Shown here one piece after another: positions 1 through 14,460 of a DNA stretch of 64,000 nt. Within the stretch, counting starts at the first letter, position 1. Every line of letters starts with the position of its first letter. Location of the stretch: contig JBHGNT010000011.1 of assembly GCA_043228905.1 (NCBI GenBank), forward strand, positions 10,292,001 through 10,356,000, in the 5' to 3' direction. The translations under genes and the position numbers were made by a program. The notes beneath the pieces were generated by a model. It saw only the letters and a program-made list of their open reading frames with translations, had not been told where the DNA came from and did not search any database. This DNA is from Azolla caroliniana. Lineage: Eukaryota; Plantae; Polypodiophyta.

Positions 1-240
1 TTTCTATTAGAGTAACCATTGACATGGTTCTCGCGGAAGAGGAAATGGGAGCGATCGCTAACTTGGTCCTCACCGAAGCAGAAATGGGAGTTGCCTCCAA
101 AGCATGAGTGGGAGCAACCATTGACGCGGTCCTCACGGAGCAAAAACGGGAATCGGAGCGACCGCTAACATGGTTCTCACCAGAGCAGAAACGGGAATTG
201 GAGCAACCATTGATGTGGTCCTCATCGAAGCAGGCGGCCA
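1..240 (-). repeat. Imperfect 39-45 bp tandem repeat inside element A pol, downstream of the protease
   Basis: Recurrent GGAGCRACC(A/G)(T/C)T(G/A)AC...GGT(C/T)CTCAC units; reads as VAPIPVSA-like peptide repeats on the - strand. Confidence 0.6.
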
Positions 241-1090
241 AACAAATGGCAGAGCATTGGCTCGAAGAAGAGTGGAAGAAATTGCTTGTGGGCGAGAATT
301 CGAGGTGAAGTTGATGGAGCGAGATTGCCAAACCCCGATTGGATTGTGAGTCTCGAGCCATGATAACCCCAAGATGATTGGATGTCAAGGTGATGTGATG
401 AGGTTAAAAATGATTTCTTCCTGGTGGCCTCCTATGTGGAGACTCAAGGGAATTGTTGTATCTGTGATTGCACTAGAAGAGAGCGTTCGACTGTCGATCA
501 CTTCAACTGGAATCGGGACAGTTATTTTATTGCTTGGAATGTCGTGTGTCCGTCCAAACATGATATCAATAAAGCACGATGTAGCCCTAGAATCCAAGAA
601 AGCTTTTGTCTTCAAAGTGGTAGAGACAAACTGAAGAGTGATCGGAAGTGTGAAGCTTGTTGTCGAAGTGGTCGGTTGATTGGGCCCTGGACACAATTGT
701 CGACTCTTGTGGACTAGATGCACAGCCCCTACTGCATCTGGACATTGGATTTTTCCTGTTGACAGAAAATGTCAACCCCATCCACACGATGTGGTGTTTG
801 AAGGGGTCCCTTTTTTGGGCAAGAGCGGATCAAATGGTCAGGGCCGCCACAATAGAGACATAAATTGTTGGCCCGTCGATGTTGTCGTTGCGCGTTCGTC
901 AATGGTTGGTAGCAAACTCGATTGATCTCCATTGGAGAGCTAGAATCTATGGCGGGAGTTGAAGATGAAGTAGAGTATGACATGAGATTCGGGGCCGTCA
1001 ACCATGGTAGGTGACTTCGTGTAGCGGCTGGCCAAGGTGGATGGATCCAGTGAGGATGTTCCTCTTGCCGGAACTCAAAGAGACGGTTAT

Positions 1091-1710
1091 TGACGGGAAC
1101 TCAACGCTCCTTATGCACAAAGCTCGGCCACAACCGAGATTCTTTTCATACACAAAAAATAGGAAACGAAAACACGACACAAAGGAGAGGAAGATACACA
1201 GGAGGTTTACGTGGAAAACCCAAAGAGGGAAAAACCACGGCAGCCCACAGGCTGCAAACTGTCACTATGTGAGAATGTACAACAGTGAGTTCACTGAGGC
1301 AACGACCTCGTGCTCACAGATCTTCGCCACACGCGGCGGTTACAACAGAGGCAACGACCTCTTTCTCTCTCTCTCTCTCTCTGTACACTATTACGTGCTC
1401 TCTCTTCTTCTTGCACCAACAAGGAAGAATGATAACAACAACAGTTACTAAAAGTTTGCCCTAAGTCATATTTATACTAATATGACTTTTCGGCTATTTA
1501 CAAATGTAGCCTTGATGGGCTCTCAGAAACATATTTACGAATATGTCTCTTCATCCGGTTCTCACCGGGTCTGTACCATCCGGCTCTCCGTAGCCGGGTA
1601 CTCCTCATCCGGTTCATACCGGGCCTGCACCATCCGGCTCTCCGTAGCCGGTTACTCCTCATCCGGTTCATACCGGCCCTGCACCATCCGGAGGGACCTG
1701 TTTCCCAACA
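1091..1710 (-). mobile_element. Solo LTR of the Tnt1/Tork-like copia family (related to D, F, G)
   Basis: TG...CA ends and perfect 5-bp TSD GTTAT (1086-1090, 1711-1715). Minus strand begins TGTTGGGAAACAGGTCCCTCCGGATGG, like the D LTR; internal tandem repeats at about 1550-1690. Confidence 0.9.
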
Positions 1711-2145
1711 GTTATTGCAGCGCATAGCTTCGGAAATAGCCTCATTCAAAGATGTGGGCTTAGGAAAATCAAGCAAAAGATTTTTTATCTCACCTTGTAA
1801 TCCTCGACGGAATTGATCGAGGAGGGCTTGTCCATCCCATTCGACGTCGCAAGCGAGCTGACAAAATTCAGATGCATAGATTGATGTTGTCATGATATGG
1901 TAAGACTCGAACCCATGACTTTATGTTACATGGGTGGAGCTCTTCACAATTAGACTATATGTTGTAATACGAAGAATATTATTTTCATTTGGAACATTCT
2001 AGAAACTTCAGGAGTACTCCTGAGAACACTATAAAAAGAGGCACAAGGCATTATATCGAACCAAATCGGTTCAACGCCAGTCTTAAGACTCCTAGATACT
2101 ATTGTATATTCTCTTAACATAATATATTTTTTTTTTTATCATCAT

Positions 2146-2191
<46 letters not shown>

Positions 2192-2395
2192 GCTCTCTCC
2201 TTCTCTCGAGAGTTCTACACCTCCCATAGTACTAATCCTCTTTTAGTACTAATTCCTTCTCTCTCTTAGTATTGTTCCTGATAGTACTTCTCTGTCTTAG
2301 TACTATTCCTAACAGTTTGAACCGATTTTGGGGTCTCCTTCCTTTATCTTCTTCCTTCTCCCTCCCTTCATACTATTGCTCTTTTCTCTCATACT

Positions 2396-5300
2396 ATGGC
2401 CACTGTCAACGCTCAAGAATATCAATCCGTTTTTTCAGAGTTGCAATGCTTGAAAGAGAAGTTTCTCGCATTGGAACAAGACAATCAACGACTCTTGGGG
2501 GAACTTCAACAAATCTCCTTAGAGAAGCAGCAGACGCAACAACAACATGGGGAACTAGCGTTATGCATGCACCAGCTCGAAGCAACCATAGTAGCGATGC
2601 AACAACAAAGACACAATACGCAAGGGGTTCATAAAGAACCCAAGATCGGCCTTCCCATGAAATTCGATTCAACGCGATCACAATTTAGAGGATTCATTAA
2701 TCGGGTACGATTAGTCATTCAAATGCATCATTCCCGATATCACACCGATGCATCACGAGTGGGTTTAGTAGGCACGTTGTTAAATGGCTCAGCTTTGGCA
2801 TGGTTCACTTGGTTGTTAGAAAAGGAATCTCCTTTACTAAACAATTTTGAAGAGTTTTTAAGTGAGTTTAAAGCTTGTTTTGGAGATACTAACACCATAA
2901 GGACAACAATCAACAAAATCCAACGATTACGTCAACCTCCGCATACGCTGCAGATTTCCACCTACTCACTTCCAATATCCCCTGGGATAACCAAGCACTT
3001 ATGGAGCAATTTCGTTATGGTCTACGTAACGATGTCAAGGATTTACTCTTGACCTTCCCCGAAGAACCAAAGTCATTGATAGAAGCAATCAATCGCGCGG
3101 TGAGATGCGACAACCATCTTTTCGAACGACGTTTGGAACGTCAGTTCCAAATGCCAAGGGCAAGATAAGAGCCCACCTACGCCTCACTGGTAGCAAAACC
3201 TTTTCCAAGGGAGTCATATAATGCGTCTACAGTGAATACTCCAACTCCGATGGAAATTGACACTACACGTCATCGCAGACCATTATCGGAAGAAAGAAAA
3301 GCATCAACGTTGAGCAAATCGACTATGTCTTTATTGCGATGGACCAGGGCATATTGCAGTGAACTATCCCCATAGGCCAAGAAGACAGGTGAACCAAATA
3401 GTTGCTACTTCTAATTGTACTAAACCCGAATCTATTTTAGTAGGAATATATGATAGTCCTAATAGTATTAATATCCCAAATCTATCGAACAAATTTGATG
3501 TCCTTAGTCAGTTAGACGAACAGTTAAATGACTAAATCCAACCAAAATAGGAGCCGTTTGGTTGGACAACCCTAGATCTGTGCAGCCCATTAGTGGTTCC
3601 ATTCCCTCTAAGAAAATTAGCAATGTGTTCTTAGCCCAAGTAACCGTTAGTACTAAAAGTAACCCTCTAATACATGTCTCGGCACTCCTAGATTCTAGAG
3701 CTAATTCTTGCTTTATGGATAGGAGTTTTTCCCAAGCTCATCAAATATCCCTAAGAAAACTCCCATGTCTAGCCTCTGTAGTAGTCATTGATGGTCATCC
3801 CATTGCTTCCGGAAATATCATAGAAGAGTCAAAGCCCATTAATATTGTCCTAGATAATTTAGCTTGTGTAGTATGCTTCAATATAATTAGTATCCCAGAA
3901 CATCCCATTGTTTTGGGATTACCATGGTTCGAATTACATAGCCCAGACATAGATTGGAGAACAAGAGAAATCTGGTATCGACAAACCCGAGGATCTACTC
4001 ATAAGATTGCAACCATTTCGCTACATCAGTTGCGTTAGGAAGGACGCAAGGAATAAATGTTTCTCTTCACAACTTATCAGTCAAATCCTCCAACACTACT
4101 AAAGAGGAGTCTACCATTCACCTTCCAAAAAAGTATCGTCATTATGCCAATACGCTTCCTCACCATCGACCGTATGATTGCCCCATCGATTTACAATCGG
4201 GAAAAGAGACACCATGGGGACCGATCTATAATTTGTCACCAACCGAGCTAGAAGTCCTTCAAGCCTATATAGAGGATAATTTGGCAAATGGTTTCATTTG
4301 ACATACGAAATCTCCAGCCGGCGCACCCATTTTCTTCGTCAAGAAAAAGGCTGGATCACTTCGTCTCGTCGTAGATTACCGTTGTCGTGTGAATCTTCAC
4401 ACACTATGTAAAAAAAATAATGAAATAATAGATTAGATTAGTAGAGTATTATAGAAAGATGGATATACTCAAGAGCTTCAAAACGTTTTTTACTATATAC
4501 AAAATGGAGAAATACATATCAAGTTATGAGAAAATAAAGTTTGAGAAGATAGGGAAATTAGAACTATCCCACATAGATAGGAAAGTTAAGGCCCTGGCTA
4601 TATAAACACCTTGAGCTCCCTCATTTGTCATTTGTGCTAAGAGCACTTTGGCCACTTTGTCTTGATGGATGATGGTGGCCAAATTCCCTAAAACCGGAAC
4701 CGGCCGGTAAGCAAATCCAAAAAACGGGGCCGGTAAGCAAATCCGGAAACCGGCCGGTATGCAATCCGGAAACCGGCTGGTATGCAATCCGGAAACCGTC
4801 CGGTATGCAAAACCGGAACCGGTTGGCAAGCAAACCGGAACCGGAACCGACCGGCAAGCAAAATGGAACCGGCTACCGGACGAGGTTGGACGCGCATGGA
4901 CGAAAGATTGGATCATGCAACAAACTAAAGTAAAGGTCAAGTGAACGATCGCATGTAACTAAAGAAAAAGCCATGCAACTAAAAATAGATTCAACGAAAA
5001 GAAAAACTATGCAACTAAAACTGGAGGCATATGATCAACGAGGAACTCCATATATAATTCCATTTTTTTTCCTATACTGTCATACTCTCCATATTATCTT
5101 AATTATCTTGTCCTAAGCCATAACTCTCATAAACCTTAAAATTCCCTAAAGAAGCGATAACACTCAAAAACCCTAATCTTCCCTAAGGAAGCCATAATAC
5201 TCATATAACCTAATCCTAATCTTCCCTACGGAAGCCATAATACTCATATAACCTAATCCTAATCTTCCCTACGGAAGCCATAATACTCATAACCCCTAAT

Positions 5301-8181
5301 TTTTCTTTTCTATTAATCTTAGTAAACCTAAAACTTCTAAATCCCAATCTTGGGACATATTATAATTTCTTTTTCCTTTGTTAATGAAAATTATTAAATT
5401 TCTTCTTTCTGTTAATTGTTAAAAATAGAAACGCACAAATGTGATTATCCTCTAGTCGGAGGCCCCGGGGTCTTGCCTCAAGTTCGTGTATCCTCGTCGT
5501 ATTTTCGCGACACCGTGGTTTGAATAAGGACACCATGAAGAATAGGTGCGCACTTCCCCTTATCTCAAGTCTTTTAGAACGGATCAATGGTGCAAGGTTC
5601 TTCACAAAGATTGACTTACGAGGCGCATATAACCTCGTACGGATCCGACCAGGAGTTGAATGGAAGACCGCGTTTCGCACCAGGTATGGGCATTTCGAGT
5701 ATACGGTCATGCCTTTCGGCCTCACTAATGCGCCAACAGTCTTCCAGCAAATGGCAAATGATATATTCTGAGATCTCTTGGATGTTTGTTTGATCATCTA
5801 TTTGGATGATCTACTGGTCTATTTGAAGACCCAAGAAGATCATGATTCTCATGTATCGTTAGTACTAAAACGACTTCGAGAACATGGTCTTTATGCAAAG
5901 CTCGAAAAATGTAGTTCGAGTGCAACCAGGTAGAATTTCTAGGCTATGTCATTTTCTTGGAAGGCATCTCCATGGATCCAACTAAGGTCAAAACGGTGGT
6001 AGAGTGGCAGACTCCGCGTTCGTTGCAAGATGTGCATTGATTTCTAGGCTTTACCAATTTCTACCACAAGTTTATACAAGATTACTCAATGCTTGTTCTG
6101 CCTCTCACACGGCTCACCAGGAAGAGACAATTGTTCGTTTGGTCTGAAGAAGTAGACATGGCTTTTGAGAATCTTAAGAAGGCATTTACATCAGCTCCTA
6201 TTCTGGCTCATGTTGATCCGGAAAAAACATTCATCACCAAAGCAGACGCGTCGGATTTCGTGTTGGGTAGAATTCTGTTACAACAAGGCGATGATGAAAA
6301 GCTCCATCCTGTGGCTTCCCACTCATGCAAGTTTGACGCTGCCAAAATCAACTATGAAATTCATGATAAGGAGCTATTGACAATCATGGACTCTTTTACG
6401 CAATGGAGGCATTTTCTAGAGGGATCTTGTCATCAAGTCACCGTATTCAATGATCACAAAAACCTTTTCTACTTTCAGAATGCTCGTGTGTTAAATCGAC
6501 GTCAAGCTCGGTGAGCCCAATTCCTCACTCAATTCGACTTAAAAATTACATATCGTTCGAGGAAGCAACAAGGGAAGGTAGATGTATTATCACGACGCTC
6601 GTATCTAGCACTGCGTCCTGGCGAGCCAGCTTTCGATAACCAAAAGCAAGTAATCCTGGGACCAGCATGCCTGCAAACAACGCAGGTTTTCCACATTATC
6701 GATACCATAAGTGAGGACTTGAAGACATATGCTTTCACCCAAGCCATTCTAGCACAAATTGATCCCTCTCGAGCATCTTGTTCACAGTCGCAACAACCAG
6801 GTACAGACTATCGATAATTCAAATGTCATGATGGATTACTATTCTTTAAGAAACTCTTGTTTGTTCCTAATGGTTCTTGTCGCCTTCGAGTAATCCAAAA
6901 TTGTCATGACACATATACAATTGGGCATTTTGGTAGTACTAAAACATTAGATTTAGTACAACGATATTTCTGGTGGCCCCATATGTGACAATTTGCCAAA
7001 GATTTTGTTCGGACTTGTGATACATGTTGCAGAGCAAAAATGCCAAGGCACTATATAGTTTATTAGAACCATTACCAATTCCAAGCAAGCCGTGGCAATC
7101 CATCGCTCTAGATTTCATCACAGATCTTCCAATCTCTAAGGGATTCGATGCGTTCTTAACAATAGTTGATCGATATACGAAGATGGCCCATTTCCTACCA
7201 TGTACTAAGGAAATCTCTTGTGAGGAAACCGCTGAAACTATCATGCGTGACGTATGTCAACATCATGGCCTTCCCAATAGTATCCTCAGCGACCGTGGAC
7301 CCCAGTTCATCTCGAAATTTTGGAATCACCTCTTTAAAATGCTCAAGGTCACTTGTAACCTCTCCTCTGGCTACCACCCGCAAACACATGGCCAAGCAAA
7401 ACGAACAAATCAAACGCTAGACCAATATCTTCGGTGCTTTCTAAGCTATCATTAGGATAACTGGGCTGATATTCTCCACTTCGCCAAATTTGTGTATAAT
7501 AACTCTGTCCACTGATCGACAAAGGTTACACCATTTTATGCTTATATGGGCTGCCACCCCCGGTGGTGTGTATTTGAAACCCCAGAGTTACCAACAAATC
7601 CTTGCGCAGAGGATCATTTGGAGCGGTTACGCAAGATACAAGCGGATTTATCTACTCATCTACAACATGCTCAACAAACACACAAGGTTTACGTGAATCG
7701 TCATCGGCCTCTATCTAGTTTTAACATTGGAGATCGGGTATGGCTACTACGATGACACATCAAGACTACTCACCCATGCGAGAAGTTGGATTATCGGCGA
7801 TTAGGTCCTTTCCGTATTATCAGAAAAATTAATGATGTCGCTTTTCGTCTCGATCTACCTCCACAACTTCAGATACATCCGTTGTTTCATAGTTCTCTCC
7901 TCGAACCCTATCAAGACACCACCATCGCAGGTCGTATTAAACAACCTCCACCCCCGATCGAACTTGAAGATGAACCTCAGTACAAGGTTGTCACCATCCT
8001 CAATTCCAAGATTGTTTGCAACAAGCTCTACTATTTAGTCGATTGGCTAGGATATATTCCCAGCGAGCGTACCTGGGAACCAATAGAGAATGTGACCAAT
8101 GCTCGTGCTCTTCTTGAAGACTTCCATCGTCAATATCCAGACAAAACGACTCGTGACACTCGTCGTTTTAATTGGGGATAA
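2396..8181 (+). pseudogene. gag-pol (gag, PR, RT, RH, IN, chromodomain) of element B, disrupted
   Basis: ORF fragments 2396-3052, 3562-4038, 5520-5771, 6089-6514, 7024-7455 and 7786-8181 in gypsy domain order. Confidence 0.9.
4383..5512 (+). mobile_element. Solo LTR (1130 bp) inserted in the RT of element B, probably from an E-related non-chromoviral gypsy
   Basis: TGTCGTG...CGCGACA ends and 4-bp TSD CCGT; removal restores DYRGLNK. TATA-like CTATATAAA near 4598; internal AACCGG-rich repeats (4690-4880) and about 43-bp repeats (5170-5300); 3' end resembles the E LTR end. Confidence 0.85.
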
Positions 8182-8477
8182 TGTCCTGATATGGCAAGAC
8201 TCGAACCAATAACCTTATGTTACATGGGTCGAGCTCGTGACCATTAGACTATATGTTGTAATACGAAGGATATTATTTTCATTTAAGTTTTACTGTAGAA
8301 AATTGATGTATATTCCACATTTCTTTGGAACATTCTAGAAACTTCAGGAATACTCCTAAGAACACTATAAAAAGAGGCACAAGGCATTATTTCGAACCAA
8401 ATCAGTTCAATGCCAGTCTTAAGCCTCCTAGCTACTATTGTATATTCTCTTAACATAATATATATCTTTTGTTATCA

Positions 8478-8522
<45 letters not shown>

Positions 8523-9644
8523 TTCCTTCTCTCGAAAGTTCTACACCTCCCTTAGTACTAATCGTCATCGTTTAGTACTAATTCCTTCTCTGTCTTAGTA
8601 TTGTTCCTTACAGATGCCGCACGCTTTCGTTGTTGTAATGCATATAATTTGTTGAGTGTGGCTCGTCGTTTGTTGGTCTCCCCGAAAGTTGCTTCAAATT
8701 CAGTAAGAAATACTTGGAAGTCGGTCAAGAGGGGTGAAGAGGTCTCCACCAAAGGGCAAGCCAAGCTTGGGCTTGTCCTAACATCAATGTGCGGATGAGT
8801 CCGGCTCATCGAAAGTCATCAGAATAGTGTCGGGGCTGAAGGCGAATAATAAGGCGGATCTGGTTGATGAAGCCTCTTAACTATGACCTTGTTCCATCGA
8901 ATTTATCTGGGAATCTAACATTAGGTTCTATTGTAGAAGGGTCAATAATTGGGTGAGGTATGACCGTTGTTGCTGCTTGAAGTTCTTGGAGGGAGTTTCA
9001 CAAGTTGGCATTCTCATGTTGGAGTTGTTGCAAGACCACCAAAATTTGCTCAAGGTTACTAGATGATTTTGACATGATAGTGTATTGAGAAAGAAGAAAA
9101 AGAAGGAAGGAAATCAATCTGTCACGGATGAACAATTGGAAGATAAAGAGATGGGGAAGTTGATGACAATGAGTAAGAATATCTATTCCATGACTGGTGT
9201 TGATTTCCTTGATGTTAACAAGGGAGATCAACCCTTTTTATACATGTAGTGAGGCATGATAAGCATATTCATGCCAAGTCTTACATACTTAGTCTTATAT
9301 ACCACTCTTTATACAAAGGTTTAAAATCTAAAGTTTTTCTAGGAGAAATATATATATGCAAGAACCTAAGGCTAAAATTAGAGTCGATGTTCATGACAAA
9401 ACTATCGTTTAAGTTATTCTATTGATGAAATGAATGAAGGAAAATGAACAAAGAAAGAGTTCATGCTTACGAATCATATATTCTTTTTCCAAAACCGTTA
9501 ATGCTTACAATAAATCGCGGATTCATATATTCCTTTTCCAAAACCATGATTTTTTAAACAAGACAATCATCATTCAAGTTATTCCATTAATAAAATGGAT
9601 GAAGGAAAATGAACAAAGAAAGAGGAGTTCATGCTTACGAATAA

Positions 9645-9905
9645 AATCGGTGTTGGAAGAAGCCTCAAATCGGTTGAAGAAGCCTTAAATCAGTCTTTGA
9701 AAAAGCCTCAAATCGATGTTGGAAGAAGCCTCAAATTGGTGGAAAAAATCTCAAATCGGTGGAAGAAGCCTCAAATCGGTAAAAGAAGCCTCAAATCAGT
9801 ACTGGAAGAAGACTCAAATTAGTGAAAAAAGCCTTAAATCAGTGTTGGAAGAAGACTCAAATCAGTGAAAGATGCCTTAAATCTATGTTGGAAGAAGCCT
9901 CAAAT
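9645..9905. repeat. Minisatellite of 21-24 bp units, GAAGAAGCCTCAAATCGGT(GTT)G
   Basis: About 11-12 degenerate tandem copies, preceded by a direct repeat ATGAAGGAAAATGAACAAAGAAAG at about 9434 and 9599. Confidence 0.75.
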
Positions 9906-12900
9906 ATGATGCAAGAGGTTTAGTGTTTGAATAAACATCAAATCTGAGATAAGATAATGGGTGCTAACAGATATTCATGCATAACATAAAATCTTAGATA
10001 GGAGGATGGAGGATACCTAAGATGCATAGTTATCAAATCTAAGTCAATCTCGATTAGATAGAGGAAGAGGAGGCATCTCACCAGGTCCAACCGATCCGGT
10101 TTCCGGATCTCTTCTAGTTCTCACCGAGTCCTCTTCATTCATAACCGAATCCCATCCGGAGGGACCGGATTCCCAACAATCTCCCCCTTCACTCTGGCAT
10201 GGGATGTCTCGTCAACCCGATCCGCTTTCAGCAAGCGTCCAGCTTGTCAGTTGTCAACACCTTGGTAAGCATATCCAACCCGTTCTCCTCCGCGTGGATC
10301 TTCATCAGCACGACCTCTTGATCTTCTACCTTCTCCCGAAGCCAGTGATATCTCCTTTGGGTGTGCTTCGTCCGAGAATGGGAGGCCGCATTCTTCGCAA
10401 GGTGGATGACACTTTGGCTGTCGCAGTAGAGCCGAATTCCTCCTGCCAGATCCCTAGCTCTCCGATGAAGTCCTTCATCCAGATTATCTCCTTGTTGGCT
10501 TCCACATCTGGCATGTACTCCACCTCCATGGTTGACAACGCAACCGTCTTCTGCAACCTCGACTGCCACGAAACAGCTCGCCCTGCAAAGGTCATGAAAT
10601 ATCTGGATGTAGACTGGATGGTATCCGCATCAGCAGACATATCCGAATCAGTGAAGCCTTCCAAGAGGGGTTTACCGAAGCCGAATCGGAGGCACATACT
10701 CAAGGTGCCTTTCAAATACCGGAGTACCCACTTTACCGCGTTCCAGTGCTCTGTTCTGGGATTTCTCATAAACCGGCTCAACACTCCAACTGCATATCTA
10801 ATATCCGGTCGAGTACCAACGCATACATCAAGCTCCCGACGGTAGAAGCATATGGTATCTTCATCATATCCGTCTTCTCCGCCTTTGTCCTCGGCCTTTG
10901 TTTTTCGGATAGCTTGCAGTTTGCCGAAAGTGTCGATCCAACCGGTTTTGCCTCTGAAATGTTGAATCGTTGAAGCACCTTCGTCACGTACTTCTCCTGT
11001 GTCAGCCACAACACCTTCTTCGGCCAGTCCCGGATGATGTGCATTCCCAATATTTGTCTAGACGGACCCAAGTCTTTCATTGAGAAGGTCCAGTTCAGAT
11101 CCTTCTTCAGCATCTGAATCTTGCCTTGGTCTCGTTCGACGATCAGCATATCATCCACATATAGGTGGAGTATGAGGAAATCTCCTCTGCCAAATTTCTT
11201 CACAAGCACGCAGTGATCGGCCTGCGTCTTGTGGTACCCTTGGTCGGTCATGAAGGAGTCGAACTTCCGATACCATTCCCGGGGAGCTTGCTTCAGTTTG
11301 TATAGGCTCTTCTTCAACCGACACACCAAATGCTCCTTCCCTTTCTTCAAAAATCCTTCTGGCTGCTGCATGTAGATCTCCTCTTCGACGTCACCATGGA
11401 GGAACGTCGTCTCTACGTCTAGTGGCTCTACCTCGAGGTCCATGCTTGCCACTATGCGCAGCACCGTCTAAATGGAAATCATCTTAACTACTGGGGCAAA
11501 GATCTCGTCGAAATCCACTCCTTTCTTCTGCTAGAAACCCTTCATCACGATCCGGGCTTTGTATCTCGGTGAGTTTCCGGCATCTCCTGGATTTAGCTTA
11601 TAAACCCACTTGTTCCGAAGTGCCCTCTTTCCTTTCGGCAACTCCGTCAGTTCATACATGTAGTTCTCATGCAGGGAATCCATCTCGTCCTGCATGGCAC
11701 TCGACCACTTGCGGCTATGGGTGTCTTTCTTTGCTTCTTCGAAGCTTTCCAGCTCCCCCTCATCCGTCAACAATACGTGCTTTGCATCCAGAAATCTCTG
11801 GGGGCTCTTCTCTCTCGAAAAGGATATCTCCATCCTTGGTTTCTGACTACCGGTTCCTCCGTTTGTTCTTCATCTGAGTCCGATTCGGGATCTGGTCCGG
11901 TTCTGGTGTCTTCTTCTTCTTCGGTCGGTTTGGTTTCTTGTCCGTATCTGGCCAATTCATCAAGTGTCCTCCAATTGCCGGCCAACATCCGATTTTCAAC
12001 CGGGTAGGACCTTGTGTCCTCAAACTGGTTTTCATTGGATCATCCGGAGTTCATCATCTTCTTCTCCGACTCTCAGTCGGCAATGGTCCTGTCTTCCATG
12101 AACACTATGTCCCAAGACACCCGAACACCTTCAAATGTTGGTAAGATACATCTTTACCGGTCCATACTTTCTACAGTGAGTCTCCTTCCAAGGGTGTTGA
12201 GGGTGATTTGTTTATCACATAGGTCACCGTCATCAGCGCCTCAGCCCAAAACTTCTTGGGTAGCTTTGCATGTGCAAGCATGCTCAAGACTCTCTCCATT
12301 ATGGTCCCGTTCATCCGTTCGGCCAGCCCGTTTAGTTTCGGCGTCTTCGGCATTCCCTTCGACTAGCAATACTCATCGAACTGGCCCCGGTATTCTCCTC
12401 CGGTGTCCACTCGAATCGCCTTCAACTTCTGGTTGGTTTCTCTTTCCACTCTCATGTGGAGCTCCTTGAAGACAGATAACACTTGATCCTTCATCTTCAT
12501 TTGTGAAACCCACAGCTTCCGGCAGTGGTCATCTATGAACGTCACGAAGTACTGCGATCCAGCATGTGACTTCGTGTCCACTTGACACACATCGGTATGC
12601 ACCAGCTCCAGTGGTGCATTCTATCTCATCGGTGGCCTTGACCGGAAGGAGGTTCGGTTTTGCTTACCGGCCAAGGAATCGGTGCACTTCTCAAGATACA
12701 CATCTTTCACCTCCGGAATGAGGTTATCTTCGGCAAGTCTTCTCATCCCCTTCTGGCTCATATGACACAGTCTCTTGTGCCACAACTCACCGGCAGTGTC
12801 GGATGCTATGTTCACTTCTTCCCAGCATATCCGGGCATGCATCATATATAGCATGTTGATCTTCCGGGATCAAGCCACAATCAGGCTTCCTTTGCTGAAT

Positions 12901-14394
12901 TTCATGACTCCGTTCTGGATGCTACCCGTGTAGCCTTCATCATCTAGTTGACCGGTTGATATCAGGTTCAATCGAACCTCCGGAACGTGTCGAACATCCT
13001 TTAGCAGCAACTTGCATCTGGTTGATGTCGTCAACAACATATCTCCTATGCCAACAATTCATTATGTACCTTCATTCCCCATCCGGACACAACCATGATC
13101 TCCGGTTCTGTAGGATGAGAAACATCTCCGGTCCGGTGTAAGATGGAACAATGCTCAGAAATCGACAACCCATGTTGTCTCATCGCCGACAAGGTTTAAC
13201 TCATTCTCCTCGTTAATGAGCATCAATTCTTCTTCACTTGTCGTGATATCCGACGTTCCCTTTCGATCCGATCCTTTTCGGTCTGAACCGTTCCGGTATG
13301 AACCCTTCTTCGAATCGGAACTGTCGGTTCCTTTCTCTTTCCGGAAATGCTGACAGTTCTTCTGGAAGTGCCTCGGCTTGCCGCAATAGAAGCAAGTAGC
13401 CCTCCCCTTGACTTAGACCTCGTCCCTGATTTGTCCCGGTTTTGGGGACTCCGATACCAGCCTCTTCCACGGTTATGGTCATCTTTCGTAACAAAGGCCT
13501 TTGGATCGGTTGTGGACTCCCGGTCCTTTCGGTCAGCTTCTTCATCTAACAAGCTTGATTTTACCCTTGCTAAGGACAACTATTTTCCTTCCGGCCTGGC
13601 GTTGCCCAATGTGACAACTAACGTCTCCCAACTATCCAGGAGGGAATAGAGCAGGAGCAATGCAAGTACCTCATCCGCAAGAGGTACTTCCAACGAGGTA
13701 GCTTGGTGTGTTAGCCCTTGGAAGCCATTCATGTGCTCTGCGATACTAGAGTTGTCTTGGTACCGGAGCCTCACTAACTTCCAGAATACCAAAACCCGAT
13801 TAACATCATTCTTGTTCTGGAACATGATGTCGATCTTCTCTCAGAGTTCATGAGCCTTACTTTCTTCATTGAAGTTGTTGTACAAGCTCATGTAGATGAA
13901 GCACTGGATATACGTCGTCATCTTCATGTGCATCACCTCCCAAAGTGGCGTCGATCTTATCTGGTTTCTTGTCCCTGAACTGAACTAGCAACCAAAGATC
14001 TTTAATCACCAGCATATCCCTCATCTTCGACTTCCACACTGAGTAGTTGGAGCCAATGAGCTTGAAAATGCCGCCGAACGATTCTTCCATTTCCTGTGTT
14101 GTTCGCTCTGATACCAGATTGAACGAAATAATGTGGAATATTGCTCGGCCACAACCGAGTCTTGAATCACTTCGATGAGAATCAAACACAGAGGAATGGG
14201 AAGTAGGGAGTGAACGCACATACACACACAAACAACGAGAGTACACAGGATGTTTACGTGGAAAACCCTAATAGGGAAAAACCATGGGAGCCCATGACTC
14301 CAAACTCTCACTATATAAGAAATGTACAATCAGAGACTCGGAGGCACCGACCTTGAGCTCTGTATCTTCTCCAAGCAGCGGTTACAACAGAGTA

Positions 14395-14460
<66 letters not shown>

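Larger units (their letters stand above)
1888..8612 (+). mobile_element. Chromoviral Ty3/gypsy element B, full length but degenerate
   Basis: LTRs 1888-2314 and 8182-8612; TSD GATGT/GATGC. Gag from 2396, protease [25 protein letters not shown], RNase H, integrase IALDFITDLP and chromodomain YYLVDWLGY..ERTWEP; many stops and frameshifts. Confidence 0.93.
1..9398 (-). mobile_element. Ty3/gypsy element A (Tf1/sushi/Tcn1-like), degenerate, split into 1-1090, 1716-1887 and 8613-9398 by later insertions; runs off the left edge
   Basis: 5' LTR at 9120-9398 (TGTCATGAAC...GTGACA on -). Gag starts MSKSS near 9075 and rejoins across the inserts (RAAS/IYASEF, RCN/NRLFE). Zinc knuckle CLYCGGPDHLIRSC (ORF 729-1001) and protease AFLDSRATSCFID (ORF 385-723). 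Confidence 0.85.

Noticed and set aside
5150-5350. CCCTAA/CCTAAT-rich sequence as interstitial telomere (also near 61040)
   Set aside because: Not a tandem TTTAGGG array; these are scattered motifs inside TSD-flanked solo LTRs.
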